This document shows, one piece after another, positions 33,888-46,110 of a DNA stretch of 64,000 bases. Numbering within the stretch: the first letter of the stretch is position 1; every line of letters starts with the position of its first letter. The stretch spans positions 123,134,001-123,198,000 of the forward strand of contig CM059431.1 in assembly GCA_030390025.1 (NCBI GenBank). Reading direction: 5' to 3'. Both the position numbers and the translations under genes were made by a program. The notes beneath the pieces were generated by a model. That model saw only the letters and a program-made list of their open reading frames with translations, did no database searches and was not told the origin of the DNA. The DNA is from Squalus acanthias. Its lineage: Eukaryota.

Positions 33888-36306
33888 AGGGTTAAAAATT
33901 CGATGGTTTAGCGCCGGCCGTTATCCCCCGATTCACAAAAAAAATGGCAGCCGCTGCACTTCTGTCCACTGCTGGTGGGTCCTGTGGCGGCCGCCGCCAT
34001 TTTCGACTGGGCAGCAGCGTTGCTGAGGCCTGCACTTATGAAACTGAAGGAGATTATGTAGAGCGTGACGTCAGTGAGTGTACAACGCTCACTTGATGCC
34101 CGATCTGCCATTTTCAACTCTGCTGCTCCACTTACCAGCATGCCTTAAGTACGACAAACTGAGCAAGCATTGACAAGCAGGAAGGAGGCTCCAGCAATGT
34201 TATTTAAAGGGATCATCAGCAACAACTTGCAGGTGACATGTTTCTGCAGTTTGACTGGCTCTGTGGAACTTTCTGCAACTCCAGAAGTTTTCTAAACTTC
34301 TTTCAAGGTTCTAAGGTAACAGAGAGTGTTGATGTAAGTGGAGAGCGCCTATATTATTATTTAAAGGCTTCTGCTCACAACACTTGCTCACAGTCATGGG
34401 GGCTCTACTGGCAGTCTCCCTCATGCTCGAGTATCTTTGGGAGAGGGAGCAGAGGCAGCGGAGAAGAGGAGAAGATGCGCGCAGAGGGAGGAGGAGGAGG
34501 GCTCGCAACAGGAGGCCATACCCACCTAGGATTTTCTGAGAACACTTCCCTTATATCCACTTAAGCGAGGAGCAGTGTATTAGGAGGCTCCGCTTCATCA
34601 AGGAGGTGGTCACAGAACTCTGCCACCTCCTGCAACCAGATCTGCAGCCTGAGAGCAGGGTGACCACAGCTCTCCCAGCAGTTCTCAAGGTCACTGTGGC
34701 CCTCAATTTCTTATATGGTGAGGGGCTGGCAAGGGGAAAGCAAGATATGCATGCATGCATTCGGCATCAGCAGCTTGTAAGTGAGAAGAGATTGTGAGAT
34801 GAGGGGGGAAGTGGGATGTGAGAAGAAGGATTAGGAATGAGCGTGCCGTTGTTGTCCCCAAGGGCTTCAACCTCGCCCGTTGCCATGGCCTCCATGACTT
34901 CCTGTCCAATGATGTCGAGCACTCGCTCCTCCAGTTGGCTGAGGTCCTAAACATAGAAACATAGAAACATAGAATCTAGGAGCAGGAGTAGGCCATTCGG
35001 CCCGTCGAGCCTGCTCCGCCATTCAATACGATCATGGCTGATCATCCAAATCCAGTACCCTGTCCCTGCTTTAATCCCCACAGTACACATATCCCACCCT
35101 ACCCCCGTAACCCCACGTATTTAATTCCCCCTAACATATCCCATCCTATCCCCATAACCCCACATATTTAATCCCCCCTAACACTAAGGGTCAATTTATC
35201 ATAGCCAAATCAACCTAACCCACACATTTTTGGACTGTGGGAGGAAACCGGAGCACCCGGAGGAAACCCACGCAGACACGGGGAGAATGTGCAAACTCCA
35301 CACAGACAGTCACCCGAGGTCAGATTCGAACCCGGGTCTCTGGCGCTGTGAGGCACCAGTGCTAACCACTATGCCACCGTGTTGCTCCTGGAAGGCAGCT
35401 TCCCCCCCACCCCACCCCCGCCTGTCTGCCGCTGCTCCTGGCGATTATGCACAACCTTGGTCTGCAAGAGAAAAGGACGTGTGTGAGTGAGTGTGGTGCA
35501 ACGTGTTTGGGTGATGTGCCTGCTATAGTTGAGCAGCTGTCAGTGTGTGCAAGGTGTGAGATATGGGTGTGAGTGTTACAGCAATGGTAAGGTTGTGGGA
35601 GTGAAGTGAAGTGAAGCTATGATTGTAAGGTCTGAGTGGTGATCGCTAGAGATTGTTGGTAGGTGAGTGCTGGGGGTCTGGTGCATTGGGCAGTGTGTGA
35701 GGCTTGTGGTGCAGAAGGTGGGATATGGCATTTGCTGAAGCCTTCATTCACCTTGACCTGAGATGGAAGGCCATTAAACTTCTTGCGGCACTGGATGGAC
35801 GACCTGGGGACCACACTGGCAGCCGTCACATAATCAGTATCTCCCACCATAGACTTCTGGATGTATGGGTCAATGGCTTCCTGCCAGCTTGCAGGAAGAG
35901 GACAGCCCACCTCCTCTCCATGGCCACCACCAGTTCCTCCAGAGCCGTGTCTAAGAAACTTCTTGCTCTCTCTCCCTGTGCTGAGGCTCAGCCATCTCTT
36001 TGTAGTTGGTTGTGCTTCCAAGTGGAATGACAATGAGGTGTTGTTGCATCAATGCACCTCCCCTTTAATACCGGATAAAGCCTAGGCGCATCATGACTGG
36101 GAATTAGACTGCTCCCGCTATTGGCCCACCTGTTAAGCGGTAAGCCAATGAGCAGCGGTTTTAGCGCTGAGATCAGCATTTTAATCATGCTAATGAGGAC
36201 TGAGCACATACTTTGCATGCTACTTCGACCAGTTTGACCCGGTGCAGCTTAATATTGTTGGGCCATGACACCACCTTTTTACGCGCCATATCCAATTTCT
36301 AGGCTC
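33888..36306. mobile_element. Internally deleted Harbinger (copy E): transposase 5' part (+, ~34396-34712) and Myb exons 1-2 (-, ~34840-35995)
   Basis: RRPYPPRIF..HLSEEQCIRRLRFIKEVVTELCHLLQPDL..LKVTVALNF; VVPRSSIQCRKKFN; ends GGGTTAAAAATTCG / CCAATTTCTAGGCTC. Confidence 0.8.
34951..35381 (-). mobile_element. HE1-like V-SINE, apparently identical to 30434-30856
   Basis: No difference seen by eye apart from one extra tail unit. Confidence 0.92.
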
Positions 36307-36601
36307 TTATGTTTCAGAATCAATTTTCTTGGTTTTTATTAGGCTAAGAGGAGATTTCCATCTGCAAGCAACAAAAACATGTTGACGCACTAAAGAGAGA
36401 AACATCAAACAATAGCACAAAAAAATAAAAATACATGGTGCAATACAAAATTGTCAAGGTACATTAGTATGAAATTAAGTCCTCTATATCGTTTTTATTT
36501 ACTCTATCCTTTACATGATGTTACTTTTTTTCTGGGCATGGTTTATTGAGATATATAACAGCACTCAGAAAAGCAATTGTCTGAAAATTAAGCTATCATT
36601 G

Positions 36602-36733
36602 AGAACATAAGAACATAAGAAATAGGAACAGGAGTAGGTCATTTGGCCCTTTGAGCCTGCTCTGCCATTCAATAAGATCATGGCTGATCTTTTACCTCAT
36701 CTCCACTTTCCTGCACTATCCCCATATCCCTTG
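36602..36733 (-). mobile_element. CR1 3' tail fragment
   Basis: (AACATAAG)n AAATAGGAACAGGAGTAGG..GATCATGGCTGATC..CCCATATCCC. Confidence 0.8.
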
Positions 36734-37795
36734 GTGTAGTGAAATTATGCTTTTTAATATACCACCACTTGTAGGAGAATGTGGGTGACTTTTGGTGTTG
36801 CTGATTTGATGATTACCACCCTATTTTTGGCTTACCCAAGAGTAGAAATGGCTTCTTTGCTTCTTTTAATATTTTATGTAAATTAAGAGTGCAATGATGT
36901 TAATTGGAATAGATTCTCAATTTTCTGATTTGGTTTGAAAAGGAGTATTAAAGATAACTCAAAACTCTCCCCAGTACTCTTCTACAGTCCTGTAGTAATG
37001 TTATGTTAAAATTTGACAAAACAAAATGCTCTTGTAAATAGTTGGAGCATTGTCCTTAAAGGGTTAAGTCTCCAGCTGCATCAAATAATGGCAACCAAGG
37101 AACTGTTGCCAACTATTATTTTGGTTTAGTGATTCAGGCCCATATGTTACTGCTGGGACAGATATTCCTCCACGAAGGTTGTGCCTTCAATATTTTTCTT
37201 TTTCAAAGGTTATATATGCTTGAATATTAAATAAAGGCCTTACTAAAGCCACTGACATGTTCCTTTTAACAGGGTTCATGCCCACCCCCTCAAATAAGTA
37301 TATCTTTATTCAATGTGTGTTGAGAGGCTCTTTATACACTGAATCATTTATGGATTATGCACCTAATATTATAATTTTCTGTGTGCCAAACTAAACTTTA
37401 ATATACAGAATGCCGATTGAAAGTAATTTGGACACTGAATTTTCCAGTGAAATGTGAATACTGAAATACACAACTCACTTTCAAAGCTGGAATTGAAAAC
37501 AACTGAATTTTTCAGCAAATGTACTTTTAAGCAGTATTTTTAAACTGTAAAGCTGAATCAAGGACCTAAAGGTTTCAACTGACTCAGTATCAAATTGTTG
37601 ATTTATTCGGATTTGGCTGAGATCTATTGCAATTCTCCAGGCTCTAGTTCCTCTGATTTTGTTAGCTTCGCTTGCTCCTTTAGGTTCCCCCACACACACA
37701 GGACAAGTGCTTGCTGCCAATACTGAGCCGTAGCCAGCTACAAGAAACTGCCTGAGAAGCTGAAGGCACCTTATTTCAACTTCAGCAAGGCTTAA

Positions 37796-38361
37796 TATAA
37801 GGCATGCAACTATCTCTCTAAACTACAAGATGTATATACATGACCAATACCTCTAACATATACCTCGACTTTGAGTATCCTCACTAAATTTAACAAAAAC
37901 GATCAATGTTTCGTAGGATTGTTAAGTTTTGGGTAATAGGACTGTTATGTATTTAGGATTGTTGACCTCAAATGCTTTAAGGTAAACACGGGGTGGAGGA
38001 GGACGTACTGTTACCAGACAAGGGCAGGAAAAGGGTTAAATGTATTTTAAATGTTTTTTCATCATACAACAGAAGTTGAACATAGAATCTTGTGCCTTCT
38101 GGAATACAAGCTGGGCCACAAGAAGAAGATAAGCACCTGCATGCTTATCTTGTCCAGTATGAAAGAACCCACACACTTTTCTGTGTGAGACTTAATGAAG
38201 TGAGCCCAGTGACCGCAAATGAGGAAGATAAGATGTAATGGGAAAGTGAAGGGAAAGCAATAAGAAATTAAGTCATCTCCCCCATGTCAATCAATAGTAC
38301 AGTATAACTTTACCCATGTATATACATCTTGTAGTTTAGAGAGATAGTTGCATGCCTTATA
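37796..38361. repeat. Perfect 47-bp inverted repeat pair (37796-37842 and 38315-38361)
   Basis: TATAAGGCATGCAACTATCTCTCTAAACTACAAGATGTATATACATG and its exact reverse complement enclose 472 bp. Confidence 0.9.
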
Positions 38362-38619
38362 ACAGCATTTATATCAGTGATTTGTAGCTCAGCAAGGTAT
38401 AAAAGGAGACAAATTGGAATAGGAATGTGGATGTGACCTGGGAAAGTTTGAGCTCAAAGGCTTTATACTTCATACATCTCATTTCCCAGAAATAAGTTTG
38501 CTTGGTTTTGTAAGTATTTTACCTTATTTGAAGGATTAGACTTTGAATAGTGACACTTTGCTTGTGTGCATATTGTCTTATCATCATTGAATGAAGCCAC
38601 CTAAAGCTACCTAACAAGG

Positions 38620-41190
38620 ATATAGGATTTCTGTATGTTTGGGTTATAGGATTTCTATATGTTTGGGCTGTAGGTTTTCTATATATTTGGGCTGTAGGAT
38701 TGCTATATGTTTGGGTTATGGGATTTCTATATGTTTGGGTTATAGGATTTCTATGTGTTTGGGTTGTAGGATTTCTATATGTTTGCGTTATAGGATTTAT
38801 ATATGTTTGGGTTATAGGATTTCTATGTGTTTGGGTTGTAGGATTTCTATATGTTTGGGTTATAGGATTTCTATGTGTTTGGGCTGTAGGATTTCTATAT
38901 GTTTGGGTTATAGGATTTCTATATGTTTGAGTTATAGGATTTCTATATGTTTGGGTTATAGGATTTCTATGTGTTTGGGTTATAGGATTTCTATGTGTTT
39001 GGGCTGTAGGATTTCTATATATTTGGGTTATAGGATTTCTATATGTTTGGGTTATAGGATTTCTATGGCCCAGAAATTGATCTCGCTCTGTTCCCGCGGG
39101 GGTAAGGCTTTCCCGCGATCTCTCACGTCGCTTGTGCTTTTTCAGATCCAGCTCGCACGAACTTCATGTTCTAGAGATCAGCTGGGCAGTGCTTGCGTAT
39201 CCCAGCGGCGTAGTGAATTTGTGCGAGCTGTGGGATCACGTGACTCAGTTAGAGCCAATGGCAGCACACCATCTTCCATTCATAAGTTTCACAGCACGGC
39301 TGTGAAATCTATGAATCTTACACCCCCCCAAAATAACAGCTAAACCTCAATTAAATTAAAAAAAAACCCCATCACATTAATAAAATCAGTATAGTTAATT
39401 AAATTAACCATTTTAAATAAAAAATTAAATTTTTGAAAAAATTTAAAATCTTTTAAAAAGTTATAAAAATAAACTTACCTGTCTTTAAAGTCTCTAAAAA
39501 AGATATACCTGTTAAAAAAAATTCAAAAAAATACTTAATTCACTACTTACCTTCTTAAAAGCGGGTCTTACTCCTCCTTTTTACATTTCCAAAATCTTCC
39601 GTACTTACTTGCGCGTCCAAAGCATGAAGTGCACAGCGTGCGCGCAGCCTGTAGCGCGCACGCGATGCACCGAGGACCCGCCCCCTTTTCAGAAGAGCAT
39701 TTGCCGGTTTTCAGCGCATGCGCAGGGCATGCAGAAAACCGGCAATTGGAGTGGGAATACGCGAGAGTACGCAGTGCGTACTCTCGCGTCCCGGGGTCAA
39801 TTTTCGGCCCAATGTGTTTGGGCTGTAGGATTTCTATATATTTGGGTTATAGGATTTCTATGTGTTTGGGCTATAGGATTTCTATATGTTTGGGTTATAG
39901 GATTTCTATGTGTTTGGGCTGTAGGATTTCTATATATTTGAGTTGTAGGTTTTCTATATGTTTGGGTTATAGGATTTCTATATGTTTGGGCTCTAGGATT
40001 TCTATGTGTTTGGGTTATAGGATTTCTATATGTTTGGGTTATAGGATTTCTATGTGTTTGGGTTATAGGATTTCTATATGTTTGGGTTATAGGATTTCTA
40101 TGTGTTTGGGTTATAGGATTTCTATATGTTTGGGTTATAGGATTTCTATATATTTGGGTTATAGGATTTCTATATGTTTGGGTTAAAGGATTTCTATGTG
40201 TTTGGGCTGTAGGATTTCTATATATTTGGTTTATAGGATTTATATGTGTTTGGGCTATAGGATTTCTATATGTTTGGGTTATAGGATTTCTATGTGTTTG
40301 GGTTATAGGATTTCTATATATTTGGGCTGTAGGATTTCTATATATTTGGGCTGTAGGATTTCTATATGTTTGGGTTATAGGATTTCTATATGTTTGGGTT
40401 ATAGGATTTCTATGTGTTTGGGTTATAGGATTTCTATATATTTGGGCTGTAGGATTTCTATGTGTTTGGGCTATAGGATTTCTATATGTTTGGGTTATAG
40501 GATTTCTATATGTTTGGGTTATAGGATTTCTATGTGTTTGGGTTATAGGATTTCTATATATTTGGGCTGTAGGATTTCTATATATTTGGGCTGTAGGATT
40601 TCTATATATTTGGGTTATAGGATTTCTATGTGTTTGGGCTGTAGGATTTCTATATATTTGGGTTATAGGATTTCTATGTGTTTGGGCTGTAGGATTTCTA
40701 TATGTTTGGGTTATAGGATTTCTATGTGTTTGGGCTGTAGGATTTCTATATATTTGGGTTATAGGATTTCTATGTGTTTGGGCTGTAGGATTTCTATATG
40801 TTTGCGTTATAGGATTTCTATATGTTTGGGTTATAGGATTTCTATGTGTTTGGGTTATAGGATTTCTATATGTTTGGGTTGTAGGATTTCTATATGTTTG
40901 GGTTATAGGATTTCTATATGTTTGGGTTGTAGGACTTCTATATGTTTGGGTTATAGGATTTCTATGTGTTTGGGATGTAGGATTTCTATATGTTTGGGCT
41001 ATAGGATTTCTATATGTTTGGGTTATAGGATTTCTATGTGTTTGGGTTATAGGATTTCTATATGTTTGGGTTGTAGGATTTCTATATGATTGGGTTATAG
41101 GATTTCTATGTGTTTGGGTTGTAGGATTTCTATATGTTTGGGTTGTAGGATTTCTATGTGTTTGGGCTGTAGGATTTCTATATATTTGGG
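38620..41190. repeat. 24-bp minisatellite, consensus GGGTTATAGGATTTCTATATGTTT, roughly 75 units, split by a MITE
   Basis: Direct reading; translates as (GYRISICL)n; variants TTA/CTG/TTG/CTA and ATG/GTG/ATA at two positions. Confidence 0.97.
39067..39810. mobile_element. Harbinger-type MITE (744 bp) inserted in the minisatellite
   Basis: GGCCCAGAAATTGA ... TCAATTTTCGGCCC; flanks TAT/AAT in satellite register; CpG-rich ends and AT-rich core. Confidence 0.85.
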
Positions 41191-42571
41191 AAGACTGATT
41201 TTTATTTTTCCCTACTGTTTCATCTTTTCTTCCCTCCTCCTCTCTTCAAGGCAGTGTCTCATGTTGGCTCAGCTGGTGCTGCCAGGCCTCCAGTACCGTG
41301 CTCAAATGGCTATTCTTCATGTATGTGCCCAGGCAGTGCCCACTAGTAAACTATTAGGTCAGTGCCACACCAAGCAAGTCACTTAACACTGAATCAACAG
41401 GAAAGTGGTGAACAGAGTAGTTTAAAAAAACTTTAAATGTGCTTTCTGCATAAGAGTTTGTGCCATTTTTTCCTGGCATTATTTAAGTTACATGTTGGCC
41501 CATGATTGACAGAATGGAATAATGTTTCTCTTTGCACTTTGCATAACTCTATTAAATGCTGTTTAATGCAAATGCAAATATGAAATAGAGACCAGCAACA
41601 ATTATTAGTACAGAATGCAAAAACTGTTTTAGTACTGCAGTGAACAATTAATCCTATGCATCATTTGAATAAATTAGCTGTGACAAATGATTCTGTTTTC
41701 ACTTCCTCCCTCACGATGCTTAATTATGTCTTCAAACAGCATTATTTCACTGGTAGGGTGGGGAAATAGGCCAAGGAATCCCCATGAGTACTGCTGACAC
41801 CAGTGGCACTCCATGCTCAGCTTACAGACAATGCAATCGACACAGCACCAGACTGTCAATGCTCGCTTAGCCATTTCCAAGGTGAACTCGATCATTCTCC
41901 AATGCTGGACCGTAAATTCCATTTTTTTTGTAACTCTCCAACTTTTGCAATTTGTCCTCTTCCATTACTTGCCAGGAGGATTTTTTTAACCATAGCTGTA
42001 AAATCATATGAGTATGCACATGTTATTTTCATAGTAAAATTAGGAGACCTACTTAGAAGATTTATTGAAATATAAACTGCTTTCACGTTTATAAGACTAC
42101 CAGTTTGCTGAATTTGCACTGCAGTTGCAGTTTTCTCATCATGCTTGCGGCAACAAAAACAAGAATTCTGCTTCACTATTGCATTACATATATTAAATGT
42201 GCATTATACGGCCATCACAAAGGCAGGAAACAAATTTTATTGATAACTAACACAGAGATTTTAAACCTGCCGGCAAGTGGCAGATCTGCTGTGCAAGACA
42301 ATTCACAACATTTGAAAATGTTAAACAAGGAGCCTGAGGCAAGACACTTGACCAGAGGGACCAATAAGTTTAGTTTATTTTGTTTCATTACAGAAAATAG
42401 ACCATCCATTTGAAATGCCTTGTAACACTCCACACATCATTCAGTCATCACACGGAGAACGTTGCAAAGCTTGGCATTACAGCTTGGTAGTGAAATCATA
42501 AGTGTGAGTATAAGGAACTAGTTGTATTCCAGGAGTGATTGGTTCAAAAACTAGCAGTAAAGAGAGAGTAT

Positions 42572-44685
42572 GGGTGAGAAATTCATGGCCTTAGCACCAC
42601 TCCTTAGCGCAATTAAATGGCACTAATATGGCGACCGCCACTCTTTCGGCAGCTGCTGGCGAGTCCTGCGGTGGCCGCCATTTTGGTCCCTACCTTTGCA
42701 CTGCCAGTAACTGGCAGCGCCATCTCCAACAAAATGGCGGTGTCACAAGCGCGAACTTTGATCCTAGCACAGAATTCAGTGCTCGGTCCTAAGCATGCAC
42801 CTCTTAAAGGGTCACACACATCGTTCAGGTAAGTTTGGATTTAAGGTTTTGGACAGTTTTTTTTTACTTTATTGAAGTGGTGGCTTGCTGCAATAGATGT
42901 GAAAAGTTTTTTAAGTGTCTAGGGAGTGCTTCTGGATGCTTGCAAGGCCTTGGATGGCAAATGAAGGCCTTTGAGAAGATCGAACATGTGGCAAATACTC
43001 AGTAGGTCACGCAACATCCATGGAGAGAAAAACAGAGTTCATATCTCAGGTTGAGATGCTGCCCGACCAGCTGAGTCTTTCCAGTATTTTATGCTGTCAT
43101 TTCACATTTACAGCATCAGCTTGAAGAAGGAGAAGAAGAAGCAGAAGAGGAGGAAGCAGAAGAGGAAGAATCAGAGAGAAGGATGCATCCCAGGCAGTCC
43201 CTTTGTGACCAGGATATCAGGGATGGAATCATCCGCCTGTGGTCCCAGTGACCACAGCCCCAATTCCCCTTTCAACATTAGTCCCACACCTTACCTTGCA
43301 TCTGTTACTGACCATCACAATGTCCTCTTGGCCATGATGCTGAAATAAAAGCCACCACAAAGCAAATTTTCCAATCCACCTATATACGTTTAGCCATACA
43401 ATGTGACATCAAGAAATCAACTCATCACCCGTATGCATTCTCTTAGTGATTGTCTTGTGTGTGCCTTTGCCTATCCTACTGATGTCACGCAGTGCTACCC
43501 CAGTGGCTGCAGCATCGCTGGTGGAAGGCTGCGGACCTTCAGTGGGGGACATTGCAATTGGCCTTGCTGGTCGACCTTGAGGAGCTGGTGGCTGGGAGTG
43601 TTAAATCAATCTTCTTCTTCTTCACTCTCCTCTTCCTCTTTTTGGTCACCCACTGGCTGGGCAGGCTGCATTTCTTAGGTGTGTGAAATGAGGAAGGCTA
43701 AAGGGTGGAGCTGTGGTGATGGCAGGGCAGGAAAGCATGAGGTGGCTGCCAGAAGGAGAATAACGTATGAAGATACCAGCATCTTGTATCCTTTCAGCCC
43801 TGCCACTGATCAATGCCTCAGCCATGCTCATGCCAAGAATGGCCTGCAATGTCTCCTCCAAGGAGATGAGGTGAGGCTAGGAATGGGAGATTAGTGATTG
43901 GTGCAGATTGTTGGGAGGTGAATGATTGGGGGTGGGGGTCATGCATTGAACAGTGTGTGAGGCTAGTGGTGCAGTTGGTAGGAGTCGACTTTTGAAGATG
44001 CATTCACTTGACCAGTGGTCTGAGGTCATGAAGCTCCTTTGGGCCCTGGAGCCAGATGGTGGGGGCGACACTGTTGGCAGTGACAACCTTGGTGATGTAC
44101 TCCCACATCGTTCTTTCTGGAGGGTCTCCTGGCCTTGTGGGTAGAGGGCCAGTCTTGCAGTGTTGACCCCCTGCACCAAGCTGGAGTGCTGCGTGCGAGA
44201 CCCTGAGTGCCCCTTCCCTGGCTTGCTGAGCCATTTGTGCTAGTGCTGAGGCAGTTTTCCTATTTGTTCAGGTTAGGAAGGTAATTCAGCTTTAAGAGCT
44301 AAATATTTATGCTTGGGACTTTTTAATGTTAAATAATTTCTTGAAAGACAGAAAGGACTGAAAACTGCATTGTTTCACTTTATTTTAATTTGCATTGCTT
44401 CAGTGTGCATGGCCCCTTTAATTCTCAGGCCTCTTTATTATCCATAGTTCCCTGTGAGCTCCACAGCCTTGCCTCCAGAGGCTGTGCGATGCTCAAACGC
44501 CGCACCTGCACACAAACTATGGGTTGGATTCCTCCAGCAACGTCACCAGGATGCCGTTGCACAGCAGCTAAGCGCTGCGCCAACAATCTCCATCCCCCAG
44601 ATGAATTTTGCTCCGTTAGCGTTGCGGCCATTTTCAGCGGCCGTTAACACAGTTAACTTTACTGGCTAACACGAATTTCTCCCCC
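42572..44685. mobile_element. Decayed non-autonomous Harbinger (copy F) with Myb remnants on - strand (~43490-44234) and a Penelope-derived bit at ~42990-43095
   Basis: TIRs GGGTGAGAAATTC / GAATTTCTCCCCC; MAQQAREGALRVSHAAL..TMWEYITKVV..WLQGPKELHDL. Confidence 0.8.
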
Positions 44686-45792
44686 AAAGAGACTACCAGA
44701 TCAGTAACTTTTTGTCTCTTTAAAGGCTGTTTGAATATATGGCTGGAGATTTATCTCATCCAGCTCTATGTGTGAAAATAAAAATTAGATAAAGTAATTC
44801 ATATCAGAGTCAACAACAACCTCTAATTGGCCCTATGCACTCCACCATATAACAAATTGGGAAATGCCTCTAAAGCTGCTGACTCAGCCCTGATTACTCG
44901 AGTCCTACCCTTGTGTCATAACTGACTAGTCACCATTTAGAAAATGGTAGCATATTGCTGCACTTTGAAGTATCCTTTATCAGCAAACAAACTTTTTTTT
45001 TCAAAAACTTTATCACCTAGAAGAAAGCTAAATGTGTGCATGCAATCCCATGTTCAGGAGCTTTTCTTAGTCCGACAAATACCTCAAGACAATTTTAGAT
45101 GAAACTTGTAAGCTGAGAATGATCTTGCAATGTGACAGTGTTTGAAAATCAATCCTTTGCTACCTTAAGAGCCACACTACCAAAGCTATTCAGCTGGAAC
45201 CTATTTTGTTACTTTTATAATAGTGACATGACTGAAAGGCTTCTGCTCTCAGAACTGTACGACTCTATAATTTACCTTTTTTTTCCGTTAAAACCAGAAT
45301 AAGTATGTCCTGTGAAAATCATGCTTGAAATAATTTTGTTATAATATTAAAGTGGAACATTTGATGAATTGAATTTTAAATCAATATTTTTTATTTCTGT
45401 GATATTTTGTTCTAATCTGTCAAATGAACATGACGTTTTTTATATTTTCTGTGATCTCTGGAAACAAGATAAAGTAACTATGAGGAACTTTCAAAAAACA
45501 AATAACATGTTATTGCAATCAATCTTTTAAAGGCAAAGATAGTTTCAGAGCTAATGATTATCTATGGAAAGTACTTATCACCTGGTCTGTCCCATCTACT
45601 CATTTAATCAACTATATTTTTAAATATCCCGATTTACTGTGCTCCTCCATGATTTCCTGTATATTTTTCAAACAGTTCAGCCGGCATAGTGGAGTGATGT
45701 AGACAGAAGGCAATCCTTGGAGTGAGTGCACTTTGCATCATTGCTGTCAGTGTTTTCCAGAGGTATTAGAGGCAATGCAGAGGAAAACAATT

Positions 45793-45970
45793 TGGGGCGA
45801 TTTTAACCCTACTCGCTCAGTAGAAACCTGGCAGGTGGACAGTTAAAATCACCCTGGTTCTTATCTGTCCAAAGCCGCCATGATCGCAACATCTGCAATT
45901 TTAACCTGCTCTCCTGAGCAGACAGCAAGAACATGTGCCCGGAGCCAACAGCTGTCGAACTGAAAAGGAG
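45793..45970. mobile_element. Probable Harbinger-type MITE end (other end possibly ~54120-54232)
   Basis: GGGGCGATTTTAAC...GTTAAAATCACCC; TTTAAAATCGGGATCC near 54225. Confidence 0.4.
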
Positions 45971-46110
45971 GAGTGGAGCCACAGTACCCAAGGACTCTAA
46001 GTTAATAGGCCCGAGAGCGGACTTGCGGGAGAGCAAGAGGAGTGGACAGAGATAAAGGTAGCCCCCAGAGCCCAGAGCGAGCATCAGGGAGTGAGGTAAA
46101 AAAAAACTAA

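Noticed and set aside
38620..41190. CRISPR array or true interstitial telomere
   Set aside because: Units are contiguous with no unique spacers, and there are no (TTAGGG)n runs.
38639..41386. Long Cys/Tyr-rich ORFs (GYRISICL)n
   Set aside because: Artefact of a stop-free frame in a 24-bp tandem repeat.
41674..42433. Host coding exons
   Set aside because: No recognisable domain and no convincing splice-bounded open frame.
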